Positions 15,689 to 23,301 of a stretch of DNA of 46,059 bases are shown here, one piece after another; within the stretch, counting starts at the first letter, position 1, and each line of letters begins with the position of its first letter. The notes beneath the pieces are model-generated. The model ran no database searches and had not been told where the DNA came from. It saw nothing but the letters and a program-made list of their open reading frames with translations. This stretch comes from Betaproteobacteria bacterium. GTDB taxonomy: Bacteria; Pseudomonadota; Gammaproteobacteria; Burkholderiales; SG8-41. The stretch spans positions 1 to 46,059 of the forward strand of contig JACPEF010000033.1 of assembly GCA_016183675.1 (NCBI GenBank), read 5' to 3'. Both the position numbers and the translations under genes were made by a program.

Positions 15689-16150
15689 CTAATCGCCCGG
15701 GCCGAAGCCCCGCTCGTAGCGCGGACCTTTCGTGGTGCCGTCAACGGCGCGCCCGATGATGCCCTGCGAGAGGTCCTTGATCGCGATGAAGATGACGTCC
15801 TCCTCCGGCGTTGCGACCAGGGTGTGCGGGGCGTTCGCCGGGATGTAGATGAGGGTGCCGGCCGGCGCCACCACGCGCTTGCCGTTGACCGAGCCCTTGA
15901 GCGTGCCCTTCACCACGTAGTTGAACTGCTCGTTCCTGTGCGCGTGCATGCGCGACCCGGTGCCGCGCGGCTTGTGGATGTAGCCCACGAGCATCCTCTC
16001 GCCTTCGACCACCCCGCCGTGCGAGATCGAATAGCCGGTGCCCGCCGGGACGTCCTTCAATTTCGCCAGCGTGAACTGGTATCTTCCGCTGCCGCCCTTC
16101 ACCGCCCCCGCGGTCTTGGTCTTCCTGCCCGATCGCTTCTTCGCCACCAT
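15689..16150 (-). CDS. Cupin domain protein
   Basis: 153 aa. GSRMHAHRNEQFNYVVKGTL...GTLIYIPANAPH matches the two-motif cupin pattern (HxH...E...P.G..H). It has a Lys/Gly-rich N-terminal tail. Confidence 0.75.
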   Translation of the reverse strand: MVAKKRSGRKTKTAGAVKGGSGRYQFTLAKLKDVPAGTGYSISHGGVVEGERMLVGYIHKPRGTGSRMHAHRNEQFNYVVKGTLKGSVNGKRVVAPAGTLIYIPANAPHTLVATPEEDVIFIAIKDLSQGIIGRAVDGTTKGPRYERGFGPGD

Positions 16151-16157
16151 GTTTAAT

Positions 16158-16193
16158 CGCTCGTCACTTCATCACTGCGTCACTTCGTCACCG
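16158..16193. repeat. GTGACG-type repeat, single arm
   Basis: CGCTCGTCACTTCATCACTGCGTCACTTCGTCACCG, filling the spacer between the amidohydrolase stop (16197) and the cupin start (16150). Confidence 0.75.
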
Positions 16194-16196
16194 ATC

Positions 16197-17546
16197 TTAC
16201 AGGTAGTCGATGATCTTCCACTCGCCCGGCTTCACGTTGACGACGTTCTGGTTTTTTCCGGGACGGCGGTCGGCGTAGATCTTGCCCTCCTTCATTACCA
16301 TCCGGATATTCTTCTTCTCCTGCAGGCAGCGGATGTTCTTCAAGGGGTCGCCGTCCACCGCGATGATGTCGGCGAGCTTCCCGGCCTCGACCGTGCCGAG
16401 GTCCTTCTCCATCTTGATTGCGAGCGCGGCGTTGCGGGTGGCAGTGAGGATCGCGTCCATCGGCTTCATGCCGAGCTCCACATAGACCTCGAGCTCGCGC
16501 GCGTTGGTGCCCATCTCGGGATCGTAGCCCATGTCGGTGCCCATCGCGATCCTGACGCCCGCCTGGTACATCTTCTGGAACGTCCTGTAGCAGTAGGGCT
16601 GCAGCAGCTTCATCTTGTTGAGCACGAACTGCGAGGTGCCCTGGTCCTTGCGCGTCTGCATCGCGCGGTCGGTGCGATGCAGCAGTGTCGGCGTCATCCA
16701 CACCCCCGCCTCGGCAATCCTATCGGTCGTCTCGTCATCGGAGAACACCATGTGCTCGATCGTGTCCGCGCCAGCCGCGAGCGCCATGCGTTGTCCGAGC
16801 GGCGTGAAGCAGTGCACGGAAGCCGCCTTGTGGAAGGCGTGCGCCTCGTCCACGACCGCGTCCACCTCCTCCTGCGTCATGTTGCGGACGTCGGGCTCCT
16901 CCTTGTCGGTGCCGCCGCCGCCGGTGACGCAGGTCTTGACCACATCGCAGCCGGTGAGCAGATTTTCGCGGGCGAGCTTCCTGAGCTCCCACGGCCCGTC
17001 CGCGGTCTGGAACCCGAGCCGCTGCATGGCGCGAGGCTGGATGAGATCGAGGTGCGAGCCGGTGATCACGGTGAACCCGCCGATCAGCATGCGCGGTCCT
17101 TCGACGATGCCGGCGTTGATCGCGTCGCGCACCGCGCAGAGATGCGCGGTGAGGAGCCCGCGGCTCGAGTTGAGTCCCAGGTCGCGCAGCGTGGTAAAGC
17201 CCATGTCGAAGCAGAGCTGGGCGTGGAACAGCCCGTACATCTGCTGCAGCTCCGGCGTGATCTCCCACTGCGCCACGCGGTAGTTGTGGAAGGAGAGGCA
17301 GTTGAACATCATCGTGTGCAGGTGCGCATCCATCAGCCCGGGGAGCAGGGTGTAGCCCGAGCAGTCGATCACCTCCGCGCGCGGCGGAATCCTGATGCTG
17401 TCCCGGGTGCCGACGCGCTTGATGCGGCGGCCCTCGAGCGCGATCACCGGGTCCTTGAGCGGCTTTTTGCCGGTGCCGTCGATCAGCGTCGCGGCCTGGA
17501 TGAACTTCGGCGGGCCTTTCTCGCCGGGTGCCCTGATGTCCTGCAT
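16197..17546 (-). CDS. Metal-dependent amidohydrolase family protein
   Basis: ORF 16197-18425 trimmed to the ATG at 17544-17546, which is preceded by GGAGGA. It starts MQDIRAPGEKGPPKFIQAATLIDGTG...LLPGLMDAHLH (HxH metal motif), with ...GTDMGYD and ...GKLADIIAVDGDPL at the C-terminus, as in imidazolonepropionase/prolidase-like amidohydrolases. Confidence 0.88.
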   Translation of the reverse strand: MQDIRAPGEKGPPKFIQAATLIDGTGKKPLKDPVIALEGRRIKRVGTRDSIRIPPRAEVIDCSGYTLLPGLMDAHLHTMMFNCLSFHNYRVAQWEITPELQQMYGLFHAQLCFDMGFTTLRDLGLNSSRGLLTAHLCAVRDAINAGIVEGPRMLIGGFTVITGSHLDLIQPRAMQRLGFQTADGPWELRKLARENLLTGCDVVKTCVTGGGGTDKEEPDVRNMTQEEVDAVVDEAHAFHKAASVHCFTPLGQRMALAAGADTIEHMVFSDDETTDRIAEAGVWMTPTLLHRTDRAMQTRKDQGTSQFVLNKMKLLQPYCYRTFQKMYQAGVRIAMGTDMGYDPEMGTNARELEVYVELGMKPMDAILTATRNAALAIKMEKDLGTVEAGKLADIIAVDGDPLKNIRCLQEKKNIRMVMKEGKIYADRRPGKNQNVVNVKPGEWKIIDYL

Positions 17547-17626
17547 GCTCTCATCCTCCGAAATCGGTAGTGCACGCGCCTTCAACGCGCGTTTTACGGC
17601 GCCAGCGCGTCCGCTCCAACGCGCGC

Positions 17627-17789
17627 GGCCTCGGAACGGCCCTCTGAAAAACGGGCCGCATCGCGTCGGCCGCCGGCGCGCAGCCTCCGACCGGCTATCG
17701 GCAAGGTCTTGACTCTGCAATGTCGGCTGCCTTGCACGCCTCCGCGGTCGCACCCGCAAGCGGGCACCTGCTCCACGCTCCGGCGCGCC
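17627..17789. repeat. GC-rich REP-like unit, same family as the 26.5-27.2 kb array
   Basis: It shares these blocks with 26950-27154: GGCC(C)TCTGAAA, CATCGCGTCGGCCGCC, CGGCAAGGTCTT, and GTCGGCTGCCTTGCACGCCTCCGCGGTCGCACCCGCAAGCGGGCACCTGCTCCACGCTCCGGCGC. Confidence 0.7.
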
Positions 17790-17815
17790 AGTCAAACCGG
17801 AGCCGTGCTCCCGGC

Positions 17816-18919
17816 TCAACGGAAATTCTGTGCCAGCGCGACGAACCGCGCGTAGGCCTGCGGATCGAACGCGCCCTGCGGCGAGAGCCCGCCGGCGTCG
17901 AACTCCAGCGCGGCGAGCGTCGGCTCGATTTCCGCGCGTTCCATGTCGCGCGTGATGAACACGAGACGCGAGCGGCGGTCGGCGTCGGGCCAGCGCTTCA
18001 GCGACACCGGTCCGTCGATCAGAGTCTGCACGGCGTGGACCACAACGGGTTTCCCCTCCACGTTGAGCAAGCCCTTCACCCGCAGCAGATTCGCGCCGCG
18101 CAACGCGGCCAGCATGTTGAGCCAGGTCATGAGCCCCGCGGCGGTGACCGGCTGGTCGCGGTAAACGCAGAATGAGCGGATGCGCTCGTCGTGGCTCGCG
18201 CCGTGACCGTGGTGCCCCGAGTGTGCTTCGGCCGCGGCGAAGGCGTCGTCGTTGAGCCAGCGCGCGAGCGCCGTGCCGCCCGCGCCCGCATTCGCGAGCG
18301 CCGCGCCAAAAAGCTCCTGCGGTGCCATCTCGCCGCGCGTCGCCCTGAGCAGCCGCGCGCCGGGATTGAGGCGCGCCAGGCGGCGTTCCAGCGCGGCGAC
18401 GGTCGGTGCGCTCGCCACATCGCACTTCGTCAACAGCACGCGGTCGGCGAGCGCCACCTGCTTGACCGCTTCGGCGTGCGCGTCGAGCTGGGCTGCGCCA
18501 TGCACCCCGTCAACGAGTGTTGCCACGCAGTCGAGACGATAGAGCGGCGCTACCGCAGCGTCGGTGATGAGGGTCTGGAGGATCGGCACCGGATCGGCGA
18601 GACCCGTGGTCTCGATCAGCGCTCTGTCAAAGGGAGGCGCTTCGCCGCGGTCGCGCTTGCGCGCGAGATCTCGCAGCGTGTCCACCAGGTCGCCGCGCAC
18701 GGTGCAGCAGATGCAGCCGCTCGAAAGCATCACCATGTTCTCGGCAGGAGTGGCGACCAGCAGATGGTCGAGCGCGATCTCGCCGAATTCGTTGATAATG
18801 ACCGCCGTGTTGGCGAGCGCGGGGTCCTGCAGCAAGCGGTTGAGCAGCGTCGTCTTGCCGCTGCCGAGGAAGCCGGTGATGATGGACACCGGCGGCCGTT
18901 CAGCCGCTGCCGCGGTCAT
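17816..18919 (-). CDS. CobW/COG0523-type G3E family GTPase (metallochaperone-like)
   Basis: 367 aa with the P-loop GFLGSGKTTLLN, the CICC motif (SSGCICCTVRGDL) and a His-rich stretch AEAHSGHHGHGASHDE. Confidence 0.88.
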   Translation of the reverse strand: MTAAAAERPPVSIITGFLGSGKTTLLNRLLQDPALANTAVIINEFGEIALDHLLVATPAENMVMLSSGCICCTVRGDLVDTLRDLARKRDRGEAPPFDRALIETTGLADPVPILQTLITDAAVAPLYRLDCVATLVDGVHGAAQLDAHAEAVKQVALADRVLLTKCDVASAPTVAALERRLARLNPGARLLRATRGEMAPQELFGAALANAGAGGTALARWLNDDAFAAAEAHSGHHGHGASHDERIRSFCVYRDQPVTAAGLMTWLNMLAALRGANLLRVKGLLNVEGKPVVVHAVQTLIDGPVSLKRWPDADRRSRLVFITRDMERAEIEPTLAALEFDAGGLSPQGAFDPQAYARFVALAQNFR

Positions 18920-18934
18920 AGAGTCACCTTAGGA

Positions 18935-19056
18935 ACCACAGAGGCACAGAGGCACAGAGAGATCCTTAACGAGAAGAACCCAACAGCAACAACCCAGAAC
19001 CGTGTTGTCGCCCGGTCTTCCCCTCGATTTCCTCCGTGTCTCTGTGTCTCTGTGGT
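18935..19056. repeat. CCACAGAG-type composite palindrome, copy 5
   Basis: ACCACAGAGGCACAGAGGCACAGAGAGATCC ... CCTCCGTGTCTCTGTGTCTCTGTGGT, with a loop of about 65 nt. Confidence 0.8.
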
Positions 19057-19067
19057 GAAAACGCCGT

Positions 19068-20102
19068 TCACGCGGCGAGCGCCTGCCGCTCGAGCTCGGC
19101 CGTGTAGCGCCCGAGGCAAGCGAGCCCGTTCATGCGCGCGCGGTGCAGGAGCGCCGCCTGCGCGATGGCGACATTGGAGGCGGACCCCTTCCACGCCTTG
19201 AGCGAAGGCTGCTGCAGCGCGCGCCCGTAGGAAAACGACAGCGGCCACGGCAGCTTCCCGGCGTACATCCGGTTCATCGCGTTCAGGTGCTCGGTGGCAA
19301 CCTCGTCACTCTGGCCGCCGGAGAGGAACACGACGCCGGCCACCGCCGCGGGCACCGTGCGCTTGAGGATCCTCACCGTGCGCTCGGCGACTTCCTCGAC
19401 GCCCGCCTGCTTCGGGCAGTCCTTGCCGGAAATCACCATGGAAGGCTTCAGCACCGACTGCTCGAGCGTGACGCGGTGGAGGTGGAGCGCTTCATAGACG
19501 GCGTTGAGCGTCCATTCGGTCGCTTCCTCGCAGCGCTCGACGGTGTGGTCGCCGTCCATCAGCACTTCGGGCTCGACGATCGGCGTGAGGCCCGCCGCCT
19601 GGCAGATCGCCGCGTAGCGGGCGAGCGCGTGCGCGTTGGCGGCGATGCAGGTCGAGCTCGGCATGCCGGCGCCGATGGTGACGACCGCGCGCCACTTGGC
19701 GAACTTGGCGCCCATCTTCCCGTACTCGGCGCAGCGCTTCGCCAGGTTGTCGAGACCTTCGGTCACCTTTTCGTTCGGGCAAAGCGCGAGGTCCTTGGCG
19801 CCGGTGTCGACCTTGATGCCGGGCAGGATGCCGTTCTTCGAGAGCAGCTCGACGAACGGCGTGCCGTCGGCGGATTTCTGGCGCATGGTCTCGTCGTAGA
19901 GGATGACCCCGCTGATGTACTGCCCGAGCCCCTTGGCGGAGAACAGCATATCGCGGTAGGCGCAGCGGTTCTCCTCCGTGCTCTCGACCTTGATGCCGGC
20001 GAAGCGCTTTTCGATCGTGCCGGTCGATTCGTCGGCGGCCAGGATGCCCTTGCCGGGCGCGACCATCGCTTTGGCGGTAGCTTCCAGGGGATGGGTGGAC
20101 AT
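19068..20102 (-). CDS. fba: Fructose-bisphosphate aldolase, class I
   Basis: 344 aa. GKGILAADESTGTIEKRF and the later Schiff-base region LKPSMV are typical of class I aldolases. Confidence 0.9.
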   Translation of the reverse strand: MSTHPLEATAKAMVAPGKGILAADESTGTIEKRFAGIKVESTEENRCAYRDMLFSAKGLGQYISGVILYDETMRQKSADGTPFVELLSKNGILPGIKVDTGAKDLALCPNEKVTEGLDNLAKRCAEYGKMGAKFAKWRAVVTIGAGMPSSTCIAANAHALARYAAICQAAGLTPIVEPEVLMDGDHTVERCEEATEWTLNAVYEALHLHRVTLEQSVLKPSMVISGKDCPKQAGVEEVAERTVRILKRTVPAAVAGVVFLSGGQSDEVATEHLNAMNRMYAGKLPWPLSFSYGRALQQPSLKAWKGSASNVAIAQAALLHRARMNGLACLGRYTAELERQALAA

Positions 20103-20113
20103 GAAGATCTCCT

Positions 20114-20205
20114 AAAAAGCCGTGAGTCGTGAATCGTGAATGGACCCGACCTGAGAACGATATTTTACCGCCTTCTCCTTAAGGCTCACGACTCACGGCT
20201 TTTTT
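20114..20205. repeat. Heptad-unit hairpin flanked by an A-run and a T-run (terminator-like in both directions)
   Basis: AAAAAGCCGTGAGTCGTGAATCGTGAATGG (7-nt units CGTGAGT/CGTGAAT) pairs with GGCTCACGACTCACGGCTTTTTT. The outer roughly 19 bp are perfectly complementary. Confidence 0.75.
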
Positions 20206-20253
20206 ACCTGTCGGAATAATACGGATGCATCTGATCGTTAAGGCGAACATCGC

Positions 20254-21681
20254 CTAAGCACGGCGATGTTCGCCTACCTTCACTATCTTCATGGTGTTGG
20301 TGCCGCCGGCCTTGCCGAAGGGCTCGCCGATGGTGAGGATCATGTAGTCGCCGTTCTGCACGACGCCGCGCTTGAGCAGCTCGTCCTCGGCCAGGTGCAG
20401 CGCCTTCTCCGGGTTGCGCGCGCCCTTGAACTTGACCGGATAGACGCCGCGGAAAAGCGTCACGCGGCGGCGCGTCTCGACCACCGAGCTCATGGCGTAG
20501 ATCGGCACGTTCGTGTGCATACGGGACATCAGCAGCACGGTCTTCCCGCTCTGGGTCATCGCCGCCACCGCCTTGATCTTGAGGTTGTTCGAGGTGAACA
20601 CCGTGGCGCGCGCGATCGCTTCCTCGACGTCGGCGGGGGGTTGCGCGTGCCGGCGGTCGAGCGCGAGCGTGTCCTCCTTCTCGGCCTCCACGCACACTCG
20701 CGCCATCGCGGCCACCGTCTCGACCGGGTACTCGCCGGTGGCGGTCTCCGCCGAGAGCATCACGGCGTCGGTGCCGTCGAGCACGGCGTTCGCCACGTCG
20801 GAGACCTCGGCGCGCGTCGGAATCGGGTTCGCGATCATCGACTCCATCATCTGGGTCGCGGTGATCGTGATCCGGTTCTTCTCGCGCGCCATGCGGAGCA
20901 TGCGCTTTTGCAGCGCCGGCACTGCGGCATCGCCCACCTCCACGGCGAGGTCGCCGCGCGCCACCATGATGCAATCGGAAGCGTCCAGGATGTCGGCGAG
21001 CGCCGGGATCGCCTCCGCGCGCTCGATCTTGGCCACCATCAGCGCCTGGCCGCCGGCCTTCTGCATGAGGTCGCGCGCCCACCGGATGTCGGCTCCCGAG
21101 CGGGGAAACGAGACCCCGAGGAAGTCCGCCTTGAGCTCGGCGGCGATCCGGATATCGTGCATGTCCTTTTCCGTCAACGCGGGCGCGGTCAGCCCGCCGC
21201 CCTTGCGATTGATGCCCTTGTTGTTGGAGAGCGCGCCGCCCTGTTCCACCACGCAGGTGATGCGCGGGCCCTTTACCGAGGACACACCGAGCACGATGCG
21301 CCCGTCGTCGAGCAGCAGCGTGTCGCCGGGGCGCACGTCGTTCGGCAGATTCGTGTAGTCGAGCCCGACGCGGTGCTCGTCGCCCGCCTCGCATTCGGCG
21401 TCGAGCACGAATTTCGCGCCCGCGCCGAGCGTCACCCTGCCGTCGCGGAATCGGCCGATCCGGATCTTGGGGCCCTGCAAGTCCACGAGCACGCCGACCG
21501 CGCGCCCGGCCTTGCGGGCGAGCGAGCGCACCAGCTCGACGCGCTTGCGGTGCTCGGCGGCGGACCCGTGCGAGAAATTCATCCGCACCACGTCGAGCCC
21601 CGCCTCGATCATGCGCGCGAGCGTCTTCGGATCGCTCGAAGCCGGGCCGAGGGTGGCGACGATCTTAGTCCTTCGCGGCAT
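20254..21681 (-). CDS. pyk: Pyruvate kinase
   Basis: 475 aa: MPRRTKIVATLGPASSDPKTLARMIEAGLDVVRMNFSHG...DLQGPKIRIG. Confidence 0.95.
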   Translation of the reverse strand: MPRRTKIVATLGPASSDPKTLARMIEAGLDVVRMNFSHGSAAEHRKRVELVRSLARKAGRAVGVLVDLQGPKIRIGRFRDGRVTLGAGAKFVLDAECEAGDEHRVGLDYTNLPNDVRPGDTLLLDDGRIVLGVSSVKGPRITCVVEQGGALSNNKGINRKGGGLTAPALTEKDMHDIRIAAELKADFLGVSFPRSGADIRWARDLMQKAGGQALMVAKIERAEAIPALADILDASDCIMVARGDLAVEVGDAAVPALQKRMLRMAREKNRITITATQMMESMIANPIPTRAEVSDVANAVLDGTDAVMLSAETATGEYPVETVAAMARVCVEAEKEDTLALDRRHAQPPADVEEAIARATVFTSNNLKIKAVAAMTQSGKTVLLMSRMHTNVPIYAMSSVVETRRRVTLFRGVYPVKFKGARNPEKALHLAEDELLKRGVVQNGDYMILTIGEPFGKAGGTNTMKIVKVGEHRRA

Positions 21682-21694
21682 CCGCCGTGCTCCG

Positions 21695-21802
21695 GGTTTT
21701 AAGTTCCAGGTTCAACGTTCCAGGTTCCATGTCCTCGGCTTGAAGAGTAGCAGACATTCGCCGGGCGGTTAACCTTGAACCTGGAACTTTGAACTCGGAA
21801 CC
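21695..21802. repeat. Heptad-unit palindrome (GTTCCAG/GTTCAAC units)
   Basis: The left arm is AAGTTCCAGGTTCAACGTTCCAGGTTCCATG. The right arm GGTTAACCTTGAACCTGGAACTTTGAACTCGGAACC is built from the complementary units. Confidence 0.75.
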
Positions 21803-21808
21803 TCGGCG

Positions 21809-22990
21809 CTAGCGCCGGGCGGCGCGCTGCTCGAGCACGGCGACCGCGGGCAATGTCCTGCCCTCGAGGAATTCGAGAAACGCGCCGCCGCCGGTGGAGA
21901 GGTAGGAGATCCGGTCGGTGACGCCGTATTTCGCCACCGCCGCGATGGTATCGCCGCCGCCGGCGATGGAGAACGCCTTGGAGCTGGCGATCGCCAGCGC
22001 GATGGTCCGGGTGCCTTCGCCGAATCGGTCGAACTCGAACACCCCGATCGGCCCGTTCCACACGATGGTGCCGGCCTTGCCGAGCAGGCTCGCCAGCGCG
22101 CGCGCAGTTTGCGGGCCTACGTCGAGGATCAAATCGTCATCCGCGACGTTCTCGGTGGCCTTGGGCTCGGCGCGCGCCGTGGGGGAGAGCTCCTTCGCGC
22201 ACACCACGTCGATCGGCACCGGCACGGTGCCGCCTTTCGCCTTGATGATCCCGATGATCTTCTTCGCCTCGCCCACCAGTTCCGGTTCGGCGAGTGATTT
22301 TCCGATCTTCCCGCCCACTGCCAGCATGAACGTGTTGGCGATCCCGCCGCCCACGATGAGCTGGTCCACCTTCCCGGCGAGCGCGGCGAGGATGGTGAGC
22401 TTGGTCGAGACCTTGGCGCCGCCGACGATCGCAACGAGCGGGCGCGCGGGTTTTTCCAGCGCGCGCGTAAGCGCCTCGATTTCGGCCGCCATCAACGGCC
22501 CCGCGCAGGCGATCTTCGCGTACCGGGCGATGCCGTGGGTGGTCGCCTCCGCGCGGTGGGCGGTGCCGAACGCATCGTTCACATAGACGTCGCACAGCGC
22601 CGCCATCTTCCGGGCGAGCGCGTCGTCGTCCTTCTTTTCGCCCTTGTTGAAGCGGCAGTTCTCGAGCATGACCGCGCGACCGGGCTCGACCACAACACCT
22701 TCCAGCCAGTCGCGGCGGAGCGGCACTTCCATGCCGAGCAGCTTGGACAGGTGACGCGCCACTGGCGCCAGCGAGTCCGCCGCGCTGAATTCGCCTTCCT
22801 TGGGGCGCCCGAGGTGCGAGGCGAGCATCACGCACGCACGCTGAGAGAGCGCGTGCCGGATCCCGGGGAGCGCGGCGCGGATGCGCATGTCGTCCGCGAC
22901 CGCGCCGTCTTTCAGCGGCACGTTGAAATCGACCCGGATGAAGACCTGCTTCCCGCGCAGGTCCACGTCGGTCATCTTGAGAACGGGCAT
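21809..22990 (-). CDS. pgk: Phosphoglycerate kinase
   Basis: 393 aa: [26 protein letters not shown]...HLGRPKEG...[13 protein letters not shown]. Confidence 0.96.
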   Translation of the reverse strand: MPVLKMTDVDLRGKQVFIRVDFNVPLKDGAVADDMRIRAALPGIRHALSQRACVMLASHLGRPKEGEFSAADSLAPVARHLSKLLGMEVPLRRDWLEGVVVEPGRAVMLENCRFNKGEKKDDDALARKMAALCDVYVNDAFGTAHRAEATTHGIARYAKIACAGPLMAAEIEALTRALEKPARPLVAIVGGAKVSTKLTILAALAGKVDQLIVGGGIANTFMLAVGGKIGKSLAEPELVGEAKKIIGIIKAKGGTVPVPIDVVCAKELSPTARAEPKATENVADDDLILDVGPQTARALASLLGKAGTIVWNGPIGVFEFDRFGEGTRTIALAIASSKAFSIAGGGDTIAAVAKYGVTDRISYLSTGGGAFLEFLEGRTLPAVAVLEQRAARR

Positions 22991-22996
22991 TTACCG

Positions 22997-23083
22997 CAAT
23001 GTCGAATTTTGAATGTTAAGTTTTGAATTGAGTGCGGCCTGGCGCTTGAACTAAACATTCAACACTCAGCATTCAACACTGAG
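22997..23083. repeat. AT-rich heptad-unit palindrome (TTGAATG/TTAAGTT units)
   Basis: The left arm is CAATGTCGAATTTTGAATGTTAAGTTTTGAATTGAGTG. The right arm CTTGAACTAAACATTCAACACTCAGCATTCAACACTGAG carries the complementary AACATTC/AACACTC units. Confidence 0.75.
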
Positions 23084-23163
23084 CGTCTTGCCGCCAGGGC
23101 GCCACCGAGGCCGGGACGGGAGCACGAACATTATTGCGGCGCAGCCGTGCACGCCGCTGAGGG

Positions 23164-23241
23164 CTACGCCGCGACCTTCTTGGCCCCGCTCGCCATCGCG
23201 GTGATAAAGGCGACGGTGGTGTCCAGCATCCGGTTGCTGAA
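23164..23241 (-). pseudogene. Relic duplicate of the gap 3-prime end (last about 25 codons plus stop)
   Basis: The minus strand translates [25 protein letters not shown]-stop, parallel to the real gap C-terminus [27 protein letters not shown]-stop. A block of about 28 bp is identical at the DNA level (23216-23243 vs 23360-23387). Confidence 0.6.
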
Positions 23242-23301
23242 ACGACGGTTGTGGCTCCGGCCGCCGCTGGGCGGCTTAACCTTCGCTGCGCTCACGTTAG
23301 C

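Noticed and set aside
17547-18425. N-terminal 293-codon extension of the amidohydrolase ORF (track ORF 16197-18425, 742 aa).
   Set aside because: The extension runs through a REP-like spacer and overlaps the cobW-like gene in another frame. A good ATG with a GGAGGA RBS at 17546 gives a normal-length (449 aa) amidohydrolase.
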